Of a stretch of DNA of 64,000 bases, positions 21,081-29,255 are shown one piece after another. Numbering within the stretch: position 1 is the first letter of the stretch; each line of letters starts with the position of its first letter. This DNA is from Candidatus Latescibacterota bacterium (GTDB taxonomy: Bacteria > Latescibacterota > UBA2968 > UBA8231): positions 2,976,001 to 3,040,000 of the forward strand of contig CBDETY010000003.1 in NCBI GenBank assembly GCA_965243025.1, read 5' to 3'. Position numbers and translations under genes: made by a program. The notes under the pieces are model-generated. The model ran no database searches. It saw only the letters and a list, made by a program, of their open reading frames with translations, and had not been told where the DNA came from.

Positions 21081-22064
21081 TCAATGTCCGCGCTGCACGG
21101 CGTCCAGGAGCGCCCGTATGTAGCCCATGGCGTAGGAACGGGTGCGGAACTGCCGGATGTCGCCTTCCTTCAGGCGGGGCACGTGGTCTTCGACGATCGG
21201 GGCGTCGACGCCGGACTCGTGGAACGCCTTCATCGCCTCCATCATGTCGAGGTTGCCCTCGCCGATGAAGGTTTCCGAGAACTTGGGGACCGGGCCGTTC
21301 ACGCTCCGGAAGTGGATGTGGAAGATCTTGCCGCGGCTGCCGAAGTAGCGGATGGCGTCGAGCGCGTTCTCCGGCATGGCGCCGATGGTCCCGGTGCAGA
21401 AGGTGAGGCCGTTGCAGTCGCTCGGTACGATCTCGATGAACCGCCGCAGCGCCGCGTGGCTGCGGAAGACCCTGGCGACCCCGGCGATCGGTGAGATGGG
21501 CGGATCGTCCGGGTGAAGGGCCATTCGCACGCCCGCTTCCTCGGCGACCGGGATTACCGCCTCGAGGAAGAAAGTCACGTTGTCCCAGATCTGTTCGTCC
21601 CCGGCCGCCACCGACTCCGGGACGGGAGGGTACCAGTACCCCCCGGTTTCATTCCTTACCGCGTCGTAGTCGAAGCTCGTCAGCTCGGATCCCCCCTTGC
21701 CCGGCGCGGCCCTGTCGGTCCGCAGGCCGTAGTTGCCGTACCAGCTGCGCAGGGAGAAGAAGTAGATCATGTTGGGAATGCCCGCCTCCCCGACGTTGCG
21801 GATCGTCCTGCACCAGTTGTCGATCTGCTCGTCCCGTCCCGGCAGCCCGAGCTTGATCCTGAAGGTCAGCTCCTCCGGCAGCCCGCTTATGACCGACAGC
21901 CGCAGCCCCGCCTCCTCGACTCTTTCGCGAAGCCGTGTGAGGTCTTCCAGGGTGTAATAGCCCTTGTCCGCCGGCAGGGTGCCGCCTCCTACCACGTCGG
22001 TCGCCCCCACCTGGCGGGCGAGCTCGAAGTCCTCGTCGGTCGTGCCGGAAATCGCCAGTCTCAA
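21081..22064 (-). CDS. Mannonate dehydratase (UxuA)-family protein
   Basis: IKLGLPGRDEQI, FLEAVIPVAEEAGVRMALHPDDPP, TFCTG, HIHFR, DHVP. Confidence 0.88.
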   Translation of the reverse strand: MRLAISGTTDEDFELARQVGATDVVGGGTLPADKGYYTLEDLTRLRERVEEAGLRLSVISGLPEELTFRIKLGLPGRDEQIDNWCRTIRNVGEAGIPNMIYFFSLRSWYGNYGLRTDRAAPGKGGSELTSFDYDAVRNETGGYWYPPVPESVAAGDEQIWDNVTFFLEAVIPVAEEAGVRMALHPDDPPISPIAGVARVFRSHAALRRFIEIVPSDCNGLTFCTGTIGAMPENALDAIRYFGSRGKIFHIHFRSVNGPVPKFSETFIGEGNLDMMEAMKAFHESGVDAPIVEDHVPRLKEGDIRQFRTRSYAMGYIRALLDAVQRGH

Positions 22065-22211
22065 TTCCGCGCTCCTGCTGATGGTGTAATGGAAGGATGG
22101 GTGTAACAGGCCCTATTTTCCCTGGCCCTGCCGACAACAAAAGACAATCGGCGGATCGAGCACTGATCGTCAACCTCGGCCCCGGAGAGGGTCGTTGCAG
22201 GTAATCGCGCT

Positions 22212-22979
22212 ATGGGACTTTCACAGGCACAGGTACAACAGTTCCGGGACGACGGCGTTCTCGTCGTCGAGGGTCTGCTGAACGAGGAGGAGGTCCGAAT
22301 CCTGCGGGAACGCGCCGAGTGGGTGGCGCGCGGCGAGGCCTCGTACAGCACGGAGCGGCATGTGCAGGTCGAGCCGGAGGTGGCGGCGGGCGAAGCAGCG
22401 GCGGACAGCCGCGCCGGGTCGGTGCGCAAGCTCATGCACCTCGCCTTCGTCGACGAGGTGTTCGAGGCGCACGCGCGCAACCCGGGGGTTCTCGACTGCA
22501 TCGAGGGGCTGCTGGGCCCCGACGTCAAGCTGTACCAGGACCAGCTGTTCATGAAGCCGGCCCGGATCGGCTCGCGGCAGCCCTACCACCAGGACCAGCC
22601 GCTCGGGTTCCACATCGAGCCGGCTTCCGGGCTGGTCGCCTGCTGGGCCGCCCTCGACCACGCCACCGTCGACAACGGCTGTCTCTGGTTCCTGCCGGGA
22701 ACCCACAAACAGGGTGTGCTCGACAACCGGGAGCGCGCGGAATTCGAAGAGCTGTCGCTGGCGGGAAAGCTGCCCCGGGAGCGCCCGGTCGAGCTGAAAC
22801 CGGGGGACTGCAGCTTCCACCACGGGCACGTCCTCCACTCGAGCCGGGCCAACGTCAGCGGCCGGCGCCGGCGCGGCTACGCCACGCACTACGTGAGCGC
22901 CCGTTGCCGCTACACCGGCCCCGAGGGAAAGAACGACGCCATGCTGGTGCGGGGCCGGTCGATTCCGGGCTGTATCTGA
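22212..22979 (+). CDS. PhyH-family dioxygenase
   Basis: QLFMKP, YHQD, DNGCLWFLPGTH, GDCSFHHGHVLHSS. Confidence 0.92.
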   Translation: MGLSQAQVQQFRDDGVLVVEGLLNEEEVRILRERAEWVARGEASYSTERHVQVEPEVAAGEAAADSRAGSVRKLMHLAFVDEVFEAHARNPGVLDCIEGLLGPDVKLYQDQLFMKPARIGSRQPYHQDQPLGFHIEPASGLVACWAALDHATVDNGCLWFLPGTHKQGVLDNRERAEFEELSLAGKLPRERPVELKPGDCSFHHGHVLHSSRANVSGRRRRGYATHYVSARCRYTGPEGKNDAMLVRGRSIPGCI

Positions 22980-23214
22980 AGAGGCTCGGTTCAGCGCCTT
23001 GGGGGAGGCCTCCCAGCGCTGACTGCCCACCAAGGTTCACCCCGGGCCGCCTGGTGCGCGGACCCTGTGGCCGGCCTTCCCATCGCAACGCCTCCGCGGC
23101 ACCCACCCTTTTCTTTGGTCCCCGGCTGGCTGTGTGAGGCTGGCCGACCGGATCGGCCCCTGCCGTTCAGAGGTTGACCTGAACTTGGGCCCCGGGATCC
23201 GGGCGCGACGCCAC

Positions 23215-24021
23215 CTACTCCAGCCGGCGTCCGGACGGGGTCCTCAGGGTGTGGGTCTCGACGTCCCAGTCGCCGTGGAAGATGGTCACCGCGTCGCCGG
23301 CGGCAGCTCCCGCGTCGGAGGCGAGGTCGATGATCCTGGCGGCCGAGTCCTCGGGCGGGGACAGGCCCGGGCGCACCTCCCGCTCCGCGTCGGCGGCGGA
23401 GCGGCCGGCCTTTTCCGCCATCTCGCGGATGGCCCCGAGCTTCATGTTGGTCGCCATCTCCCCCGGGGCCACGGCGTGGATGCGAATGTTGAGGGGGCGA
23501 AGCTGCTCCCGGGCGACCAGAACCAGCCCCCTGACCCCCCCCTTGCTCGATCCGTACGGCAGGGAAGAGCTGCCCCCGATCACTCCGGCCCCGGAAATGA
23601 CGAGCAGCACTACCCCTCCCCCCGCCTTCTCCATCAGGGGAACGGCGTACTTCAGCAGCAGGAAGCTGCCGGTGAGATTGACGTCGATCACCCGCCGCCA
23701 GGTTTCCTCGGAGTACTGGTCGACCCGGGTCGCCGGATCGAGGAGGATGGCCGCCGGGTTGATCAGGATGTCGAGGCGGCCGAAGCGCTCGCCCGCGGTC
23801 TCCATCAACCGGCGGACGTCCCCGGACCGGCCGAGATCGGTGTGCGCGAAGTGGGCCGTGCCCCCTTCTTCGCGGATCTGCCGGGCCGTCGCTTCCCCGC
23901 CGGCCTCGTCGATGTCGGCGAGGACGAGCCGCGCCCCCTCGCGGGCGGCCCCGATGGCGGTGGCGCGGCCGAGGCCTGTGGCGGCGCCGGTGACGACTGC
24001 TGTCTTGTCTTGGAGTTTCAC
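23215..24021 (-). CDS. SDR-family oxidoreductase
   Basis: VTGAATGLG, GRLDILIN, YGSSK (YxxxK). Confidence 0.9.
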   Translation of the reverse strand: MKLQDKTAVVTGAATGLGRATAIGAAREGARLVLADIDEAGGEATARQIREEGGTAHFAHTDLGRSGDVRRLMETAGERFGRLDILINPAAILLDPATRVDQYSEETWRRVIDVNLTGSFLLLKYAVPLMEKAGGGVVLLVISGAGVIGGSSSLPYGSSKGGVRGLVLVAREQLRPLNIRIHAVAPGEMATNMKLGAIREMAEKAGRSAADAEREVRPGLSPPEDSAARIIDLASDAGAAAGDAVTIFHGDWDVETHTLRTPSGRRLE

Positions 24022-24070
24022 GCGCGGCTCCAGAGGCGGGTCTCCCTGGCTGCGGGAACCTGCCGATCAG

Positions 24071-24484
24071 TCAGTTCTCAACAGTGACTTTCGCCTTGCG
24101 CGCGGGACGCTCGTGGAGATGACCGCCCGTGCCGGGCAGTGCCACTCCCAGGCGGATCGTCGTCTCCCCCGCCTTCGGGAAGATGTGGTGGTAGGTCATG
24201 GCCGGGACGTAGATGAAGTCCCCTTCCCTGGCGTGAACGGGGTCGTCTTCGCGGCCTTCGATGATCCAGTCGATCTCCCCTTCGAGCACGATCCACCACT
24301 CGTCGTAGTTGTGGCAGTGCCAGTCGTTCTGATCGAACCCGGGGGGCTGGCAGATGACGTTGGCGGCGAGGTGGTCGGACACCACGACCTTGCGCGACCA
24401 CGGAGGCGGGCCGAACTCCTTTTTCAACTCGTCGAGATTGACCTGGTTCAGGCTGCTGTTCAGAACCGGATTACCGAGCGGCAT
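24071..24484 (-). CDS. Cupin-domain protein (137 aa)
   Basis: C-terminal part of the long ORF; ATG 24484 follows AGAAAGGAAAG; WHCHNYDEWWIVLEG and GDFIYVPAMTYH cupin motifs. Confidence 0.85.
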   Translation of the reverse strand: MPLGNPVLNSSLNQVNLDELKKEFGPPPWSRKVVVSDHLAANVICQPPGFDQNDWHCHNYDEWWIVLEGEIDWIIEGREDDPVHAREGDFIYVPAMTYHHIFPKAGETTIRLGVALPGTGGHLHERPARKAKVTVEN

Positions 24485-24579
24485 GAGATCTTTCCTTTCT
24501 GGTGGATGTTGTTCCTGGTGGATGCCCGTTCCCGTTGCCTGCGGGAGGACACGCGTAATTGCGCCGGCAGACACAAAGG

Positions 24580-25740
24580 TCAGTGCACTTCGGCGACCAG
24601 CGACTGGAACTTCTCCTCGTCGTACTCGGCGCCCCACCCGGGCAGGTCGTTGGGCGCGATGTGGCCGTCGACGATGAGGGGGGCGTTGGTCACCCCCCAT
24701 TCTTCCCCCCACCGGCGCAGGCCGTCGCCGCCCTGATGGAAGTACTCGTAGTAGTCGTTGTTGTCGATGCAGCAGCCGAGGTGGGCGTGGACGTGGCCGA
24801 AGAGCCCGCCGGGGCCGGCGATCTCGACCTGGGCGCCGTGCATCTCCGCGAGGTGGGAGAGCTTGAGCACCGAGGTGACGCCGGCGGCGATGGCGTCGGC
24901 GCGCACGTAGTCCGTCGCCCCCTGCTTGAGCCACTCGGCGGTTATGGCGACGTCGTGCATGAGGTTCTCCGTCGACATCACCGGCATCTCGAGGGCGTCG
25001 CACAGCTTCTGGTAGGAGCTCATCTTCCCCTCGTGCATCGGCTCCTCGAGCCAGATGAAGTCGAGCCGCTCCATCAGGCGGCCGACCTCGATGGCCTCGC
25101 GCAGGTCGTACGAGCAGACCGGATCGTTGATGAGGTCGTAGCCGGGTCCGACCGCCTCGCGGGTCTTCTCGAGGATGGGCATGTCGGCCCGGCCCCCCTT
25201 GTAGGTGTGGAACTTGTAGGCATTGACGCCGAACTCCCTGCCGTGCTCGATGGTGCCGAGGTAATCCTCCAGGGTGGGTCCCGAACTCGTCAGGTAGACG
25301 GGGAAGCGCTCGCGCACCTTGCCGATCAGGGCGTGCACCGGAAGACCCGCGGCCTTGCCGGCCAGGTCCCACAGGCAGGTGTCGAGGTCTCCGTGCCAGC
25401 CCTGTTTCTGGCGCAGCCAGCGCGTCCCCTTGAACAGCATCTGCCAGATGTGCTCGCGGTGCAGCGGGTCCTCGCCGACGACGTGGGCGCGCAGCAGGTC
25501 CATCTGGTCCGGGCGCATGGTCGAGGTGCAGCGGCCGCCGATCCCCTCGTCGGTATGGACCTCGATGAAGTTGTGGCGCGGCCTCGACGGGGGGCCGTGG
25601 GCGGTTTTCTTGTCGGGCACCGGTCCCGACGACCACTGGATGCGGCGCAGGTTGGGAACCTGCCCCAGCCGGGGAATGGCCGCCGGCTTCGGCTCTCCGG
25701 GTTGTTCGAGAACGAGCAGCCTGACATCGGTGATTTTCAT
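24580..25740 (-). CDS. Mandelate racemase/enolase-superfamily protein
   Basis: HTDEGIGG, DTCLWDLAGK, YKFH, WLEEP, PNDLPGWG. Confidence 0.88.
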   Translation of the reverse strand: MKITDVRLLVLEQPGEPKPAAIPRLGQVPNLRRIQWSSGPVPDKKTAHGPPSRPRHNFIEVHTDEGIGGRCTSTMRPDQMDLLRAHVVGEDPLHREHIWQMLFKGTRWLRQKQGWHGDLDTCLWDLAGKAAGLPVHALIGKVRERFPVYLTSSGPTLEDYLGTIEHGREFGVNAYKFHTYKGGRADMPILEKTREAVGPGYDLINDPVCSYDLREAIEVGRLMERLDFIWLEEPMHEGKMSSYQKLCDALEMPVMSTENLMHDVAITAEWLKQGATDYVRADAIAAGVTSVLKLSHLAEMHGAQVEIAGPGGLFGHVHAHLGCCIDNNDYYEYFHQGGDGLRRWGEEWGVTNAPLIVDGHIAPNDLPGWGAEYDEEKFQSLVAEVH

Positions 25741-25903
25741 TATCGCGCCGACCTCCTGGGATGGCGGGTACTAAGGGTTTCCCCGGGAGTGGGGTCAAGA
25801 ATCCGCTGCCTGTGGCGATGGCACGAGGATCACCGCCGCCCTGTTCGACCCGCCCTCGATCCCTCTCGGTCTTGGCTGGAGCCGGCTTTCCGACCGATCG
25901 GCG

Positions 25904-25980
25904 AAGTCGTATCGAATACGGAAAATCGTATCAAATACGGCCGAATCGTATCAAATACGGGCAAATCGTATTTAATACGA
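25904..25980. repeat. Four tandem palindromes TCGTAT-N3-ATACG at 19-20 bp period (candidate operator array)
   Basis: aagtcgtatcgaatacgg / aaatcgtatcaaatacgg / gaatcgtatcaaatacgg / aaatcgtatttaatacga between divergent genes. Confidence 0.9.
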
Positions 25981-26177
25981 CGGCCGGTGCGACATGGGCG
26001 CGCTGATTTCCTCCTGGAAAAAAAATGCGTCTATAAGCATCAGTAAAAACAACGAGTCAGGTCATGCTGAGTCCGATTCTTGGAGCTGCCGGCCAGTACA
26101 GGCACGCCTTTTGCGTGGTGTTTGGGTGAACCGGGGGTAGCGAACAGACGCGACCCCCGAAACAAAGGAGGAAGCAG

Positions 26178-26992
26178 ATGTTCCTTGTCCGGACCGAAAA
26201 GCAGGGGCGCGCCGCCCTGTTCCTGCTCCTTTCCCTGACCATCCCGGCCGGCCTGCCTGCTCCGTCCGAGGCCCACAGCGGCGGCGGCCGCGTGTTCCCG
26301 ATCGCCGAGCTCACCGACGGGATGCTGGAACGGATTCAACTCGACGACGGGACAGTGGACGAGTGGTATGGCCTGGTCGGCGAGCCGACCCTGACCGGCC
26401 TGGATTTCATCGATGAATTGACGGAGAACCCGCCGGATCCGTCTGATTTCGACTTCCGCATCTGGCTGGCCTGGCACGACGAACCGGCTCGCCTCTACCT
26501 TGCCTTCGTGGCCAGCGATGACCGGTACCACAACACCCACGACTACAGTTCATATGATTATTCGTTGATGATCCTCGGTGACAACGATGCTCTTACCCTG
26601 GGAATCGACGGAGACCACAGTGGGGGTGCCGGGCTTCCGACCGACGTTGTCGGTACTGAGGAGTTAATTGCGGCCATGAGGGAGCAGGGTGGGGAAACTC
26701 AGTATTATGAGGCCATTTCCCGCACCAACGGTCCGAATCTGGCTGACCTTGGCCAGGTTTTACGAGCCCACTCCTGGAGGGGCCTGCCTCCTTACGCGGA
26801 CGCGGGAGGCGGCGTGGCCGGAGAAGCGCCGGTCATCTGGGTGATCGAGCTGTACGTCACCCCGTTCGACCACGGGGGTGAGCCCTGGGACAGCCCGAAG
26901 GGAGCGAGGTCAGCGACCTGGCCGCAGGACAGTTCATCGGGTTTGCAATGGGAATTACATCGAATGTTATGAAAAGTCAGCAAGATGAATAA
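26178..26992 (+). pseudogene. Secreted protein (CBM9/DOMON-like region), frameshifted near 26895 and apparently truncated
   Basis: AGGAGG RBS and signal peptide; IQLDDGTVDEW, LAWHDEPARLYLA, IELYVTPFD; a plausible continuation EGSEVSDLAAGQFIGFAMG is in another frame. Confidence 0.6.
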
Positions 26993-27299
26993 ACGTGTGG
27001 TTCCCTGCTGTTTTCGCCGGAAAATCGGGATGTCGGCTGGTTGGCAAGTTCACAGGATTGCGTACTGAAGGCCAGGGTTGTCTGGAAAGGGCGTCTCCTC
27101 GATCTCGGTGAATAGGATATTAACATCGAGGCTCTAAGTTCTTGTTTATCAAGGCACTTGGCATGACGACAACAGACTGTTCGAAGACCGGGGGCGTGCC
27201 AGATTGGCACCGAGGATCGGGAGCCACGGCTATGGTCGAGGAGGCCGGATCGCCTGATCCCCCTGGTCTGCAAGGGGCCTCGCTGTTGAAGTCGCGGAG

Positions 27300-27492
27300 G
27301 GAATTCCGCAAGCCTCCGACCGGTCCCGGTTTCTCTCCGTGCCGCGCCAATACCTGAAAAAGCGCGGAGGTCGTCCCGGGAAAAGTGTGGGATTTGATGT
27401 TGAATGAGGTAGCGCCAGCCGCCACATGATTCGTCCCAAATTGGGACATCGAATCCCCGTCGCAGAGAATTCAGAAGCCCTTCGACAGGCTG
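27300..27492 (-). repeat. ~190-bp dispersed repeat, copy 1 (inverted relative to 50393-50573)
   Basis: Reverse complement aligns by eye through cagcctgtc..ctgaattctc..gatgtcc..ggacgaatc.tgtggcgg..ctacctcat..gggacgacct.cgcgc..ggcgcggcac..cttgcgga. Confidence 0.85.
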
Positions 27493-27642
27493 CGGGAGAC
27501 CGAGAAGAGACCGCCGAACTGCCGCGAGAACCACTGGCTCAAGTGCCTGGGCAGTGATCATCGGACCGGAAACGACCGGAAACAAGGACCCCTGACCGGT
27601 TCATTGTCCGCCCATGCAGCCTTGCACGTTCCGGTGGTCGCT

Positions 27643-28251
27643 TCATTTGTCGGCGTTTTCCTTTCCTGTCGTGCTGCCTTGGAAGGCATCGGCAAACAGG
27701 GCGTAGTCTTTCAGTCCCACTTGGCCGCTGCCATCCAGATCGAACCGTGGAGTCCGCTTTCCAAAGGCGTCTGCAAAGAGAAAGAAGTCGGCCAGGTCGA
27801 CGCGGCCGTCGTTGTTGAAGTCGGGGGAAACCGGCGGGTAGGCCGTCGTTATCCGGGATTCCACTCGTTCCCCATCCTCCATGATGAACGTCGTGACTCC
27901 GAATTTCGAAAAATCCCCATCCAGGGTGGCTACTACCACCTGTATGATGCCGTCGGTAATGAGGCCGTCGGTCTGGTCGACAACGCGGCCCCACGGCACC
28001 AGGGCGTATCGGGGTTCTGGTAAGATCTCGAGGGTCTCGTCTGTCCCGATTACCATCGAGATAGCTATTTCCCGGTAGATCCGGTACCCGTCCGCACCTT
28101 CTACCGAAGGCCACGACAAAATCCAGAATCCTCTTTCGGGCGCGGCTTCCACCCACAGGGTGTCCGGCGGGGCCGGCGATGCCCAGCCGGCTCCCGCCAG
28201 AAGCAACACCAACCAAGGCTTTACCTTGGCTGCTCTTCGACAACCACCCAT
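27643..28251 (-). CDS. Secreted protein with C-terminal EF-hand/dockerin-like repeats
   Basis: PDFNNDGRVDLADFFLFADAFG and FDLDGSGQVGLKDYALFADAF; hydrophobic N-terminus. Confidence 0.75.
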   Translation of the reverse strand: MGGCRRAAKVKPWLVLLLAGAGWASPAPPDTLWVEAAPERGFWILSWPSVEGADGYRIYREIAISMVIGTDETLEILPEPRYALVPWGRVVDQTDGLITDGIIQVVVATLDGDFSKFGVTTFIMEDGERVESRITTAYPPVSPDFNNDGRVDLADFFLFADAFGKRTPRFDLDGSGQVGLKDYALFADAFQGSTTGKENADK

Positions 28252-29255
28252 GTGTGGTCCTCAGGCTGCGACCACTCCTCATCAAGGGTGAGCTCGAAAG
28301 TCCGCGAGCTGTACCCGGCGAAGATCCCATACCCGTTCTCGACGTTGCCGTACACGTTCAACGGCTCGGCAAACGGATTTTCCCGGATGTATTCGTGGAG
28401 GCGGGCGTTCTGGAGGTGATCGTAGAACGTCTCGCTGATGTACAGAACCTGGAGAAAAAATGGCTTGCCTTCGGGTTCAACGAAACGGCAGGACAGCTCG
28501 ATCTCGTGGTTCCGGCCATCGAAGAGAGTGTCCCTGAAGTACGGTGCTCGACCCGAGAAAGTCCCCTCCTCTTCGAAGGGGAATCCTTCGATGTTGTTGT
28601 TGTCGGCCATGATGGAAGGATCCTTTGTCGAGATGGATCCTTCCTGCTTCTTGATCTTCAGTATACTCTCCTCTGTCGAAATATATTCAACAGTCGAAAC
28701 CGATCTAAAAGTGCGGATCTGGTAGTAGTTCGCTTGGCCGGGTGGATCCTGAATCTCGAGTTTGATCGACAAATCGACTCTGATCCAGGCATCGCCGCTG
28801 AGAGACTCTTCAAAGTGGGATGAATCATTGACGACATAGGACAGAATGAAAGTCGGCACCGGTCTGGGCACGGTGTCGGTTGCCCGGATCGTTTCGAAGC
28901 CGGGCGCCGATACCTGCAGGGAGTAGGTTTCTCCCGCTTGCAGGCTGCTGTCTTCGAATACGTACACCCGCGCTCCTTCGTGAAACTTCAGCTCCCCGAC
29001 GATCCGGTCTCCCGCCACCAGCTCCACCTCTGCATCGGCTACCGAAGTTTCTTCGTAGGCCAGGGGCTGGAGAATCCCGACGGAACCGCCGACCTTGGCG
29101 GGCCAACTGCCGTCGGAGGTGAAGAAGGCCTGCAGAACCAGCCGCGGAGTATGCTCCGGCAGATCGGGCTCGATCACCTGGCGGCAGGCGGACAGGGCGA
29201 TCAAGAGCGGAAGGAGGCGCAGGACGGCTTTGGTCGCGGGGGCTTTGGAATTCAA
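28221..29255 (-). CDS. DUF4249-family lipoprotein
   Basis: Lipobox LSAC, GETYSLQV, QDPPGQANYY, YGNVENGYGIFAG; downstream of a TonB receptor. Confidence 0.85.
   Translation of the reverse strand: MNSKAPATKAVLRLLPLLIALSACRQVIEPDLPEHTPRLVLQAFFTSDGSWPAKVGGSVGILQPLAYEETSVADAEVELVAGDRIVGELKFHEGARVYVFEDSSLQAGETYSLQVSAPGFETIRATDTVPRPVPTFILSYVVNDSSHFEESLSGDAWIRVDLSIKLEIQDPPGQANYYQIRTFRSVSTVEYISTEESILKIKKQEGSISTKDPSIMADNNNIEGFPFEEEGTFSGRAPYFRDTLFDGRNHEIELSCRFVEPEGKPFFLQVLYISETFYDHLQNARLHEYIRENPFAEPLNVYGNVENGYGIFAGYSSRTFELTLDEEWSQPEDHTWVVVEEQPR

Noticed and set aside
24485-25798. N-terminal part of the 575-aa ORF 24071-25798
   Set aside because: Off-frame shadow of the enolase-family gene; only the last 137 aa form a real cupin
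25904-25980. Mini-CRISPR array
   Set aside because: Units are about 13-18 bp with only a few bases between them; no spacers and no cas genes
26050-26170. Riboswitch in the leader of the 26178 gene
   Set aside because: Two hairpins are visible but no aptamer consensus that I recognise
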